Assembly: GCA_028534125.1 (NCBI GenBank)
Contig: CM052816.1
Location: 58,592,001-58,656,000 of the forward strand
DNA length: 64,000 nucleotides
Reading direction: 5' to 3'
Origin: Lama glama
Lineage: Eukaryota
The position numbers were made by a program, and so were the translations under genes. Position 1 is the stretch's first letter; the number at the start of each line of letters is the position of its first letter. A model generated the notes under the pieces. The model saw only the letters and a list, made by a program, of their open reading frames with translations. It was not told where the DNA came from and searched no databases. Below are positions 61,895-64,000 of this stretch, one piece after another.

Positions 61895-64000
61895 TGTATC
61901 TTTGTCAACATGCATGAGTATTTCTGTAGAAGCAGAGTGTCCTTCCTTCAAAGTGTCTATAACATTTACCAATTTTATTTTTCCTAGCAGTAGTAGGTGA
62001 CTGTTGACTTTTCCGTATCTTTGGTAAACCTGTGTATCAATCTTTTAAATTTTCTGTAATCTGAAATGTGAAAAATGCCATCCGGTTTAAGTATGACTTT
62101 CTATGATTATAGTAGGGCTGAACACCTCTCCCGTTTACTAGTCATTTGTATTTCTTTGTTTACTGGCTTGTTTTTAGCCTTTTTTCACAGGCACATTTTT
62201 ACATATTCAGGTGTTAGTACTTTTCTGTTATAAAATTGCAAATATTTCCTTTCATTCTCATGCTTGTCTTTTAACTTCATCATGCCTTTTGTCATTTCCT
62301 AAGCTTTCCATTTTTTTGAAGTAAATCCATGGCCTTCAGGCTTTCATTTCTTGCTTAGGACAACTTTCCCCCAACCCAAAGTCAGTATTTTACTAATATT
62401 CTTCTAATTTTTGTATTTAAACCTTTACTCCACCTATAAATTATTTTTGTGCATAGTATGAAGAGGCAACATTATGTTTTGCCATATGGATATCCAATTG
62501 TTCCAACAGTCCCTATTAACCATAATAGTCTACTCCCTCCCCACTGATGTGAAATGCTATTTCTGTGAAATGAAAAAAATTCCTATATACACATTATCTA
62601 TCTATTTCTATGCTGTCTTCTCATTTTATTCTTCTATTTGTCTATTACTGTGCTAATACCACAGCATTTTCTATGGCTTTATTATATTATGTTCCAATAT
62701 CTAAATAGCAAGTCTCTATCACTCTTCTACAAAATTGTCTTATCATGCCTTCTCTTTCAGACTAACTTAATTTTCATTGTAGCTACATTTACTTTAAAAG
62801 TTGTTTTGAGAGGTATACTTGTTTTTGAAAAATCTCAGATACGGATCACTTGCCAGTAAGGAAATATAACTTGAAATCATGATCCTTGGTAGCTAAAGAA
62901 AATACCATAGATGTTAAGTACTACGAACACAGCAAATGTGGCTGAAATGTTTGATCAGCAGTTCCTTCCACACTTTGATACCTAATGATAACAGAAAAGA
63001 CTAAAGATCTTTTTTCCTATCAATTGAGAGAAACATCTATTTAAACTTAAAAAAAAAACACTTAAGATATTCAACATTCTTTCCTATTATAACTAGTTCA
63101 CTTAAGATGTCAACATTCTTTCTTAATATAATTAACTAAGCTACAGAATACCAGAGTAAACTCTTCTTTAAATCTTCCTTTGCTATCATTATCTTCCTTG
63201 GGGACTCCAGACAATATTGTAACATTTGATCTTATAAAAGCTAGTAGGGACTTAAATAGCATGCTTGTTGTTGCTCCTGTGATGTAACACCAACGACAGT
63301 ATCAAAAGTATATTAGTTCTAACATTCTTGCAGGTCAACTACTTAAGGTATAGCACATTAACTATATAAAAAAGCAGTTATGGTATTTCTTTTTACTGTA
63401 AAACACAATCTGCTGGAGTAAATGCCATTTGCAATTTAATGACTCAGTGTTAAAAATTTTATGTAAGTGATATAGTATGATGCTATTTTTGTTATTTCTT
63501 TAATGACTGTTTAATACTTAAAACTATAATTTGTAGTTTTCACGTTCACAGAGAATATAAAGTTTTTTCAAAAAGACAAAAAATTACAAGTAATCCTATC
63601 ATCCAGAACTAATCACACTTAACATTTTAATGTATTTCTTCTAGTTTGTATAGGTTCATGTTTGTATGTGCATTGTGTTGTCGACAATTGTTTGTTTTGT
63701 TGTAGCACAGTGAACTGGAACCAGAACAATACTTCAAACTCATCTGATACTTAATATTTGAGGAATATTATGCAAGTTATCTCCCCTCAAAGCTCAGTTT
63801 CCTTACCTGTAAAATGGGGATAATTCTGTATGGTTGTTGTGAGGATTTAATAAGATGAGGTATGTAAAAATACTCTACATAGGTCCTGACACACACCAAG
63901 GTATGAAAACATCATTTCTACTGTTAGTATTATATAACTTCGCATCTTATTATTTTTAACATTAAATTGTATTTCCCCATGTCACTAAATATTTTCAAAA

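Noticed and set aside
62910..62981. Possible cassette exon in a RAD17 intron (pyrimidine tract + TAG acceptor on the minus strand)
   Set aside because: Weak donor and no match to RAD17 protein; the expected upstream exon (SFNPVAPT...) is not in the window
1..64000. CRISPR arrays, operons or other prokaryote-type or novel multi-gene systems
   Set aside because: The sequence is spliced mammalian DNA; no spaced repeat arrays or unexplained long ORFs were seen

Overview
Mammalian genomic DNA, very likely a camelid, judged from nine copies of a tRNA-Ala-derived Vic-1-type SINE. It has two exactly 500-N assembly gaps (13941-14440 and 43619-44118). All genes are on the minus strand, in the conserved order RAD17 > (MARVELD2) > OCLN. 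The window holds the last eight coding exons and 3' UTR of RAD17 (60213 to ~46740), then a CpG-island promoter with a non-coding first-exon candidate at the position expected for MARVELD2/tricellulin (~45700-46400). It also holds a complete occludin gene: CpG promoter ~29850-31500, eight coding exons giving 1572 nt/523 aa, and a 3' UTR with proximal and distal poly(A) signals. No MARVELD2 coding exon is visible; they most likely lie in the second gap. The rest is transposable-element-rich intron and intergenic DNA. I found no convincing new gene system. The most notable observations are the missing tricellulin gene body, a 3'-truncated tail-less L1 with a perfect 17-bp TSD (an internal-priming signature), a (UG)17 tract upstream of the skippable OCLN TM4 exon, paired miR-122 and miR-200/429 8-mer sites, and an E2-box cluster in the OCLN promoter. 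Repeat subfamily names and human/mouse comparisons are from memory and were not searched.
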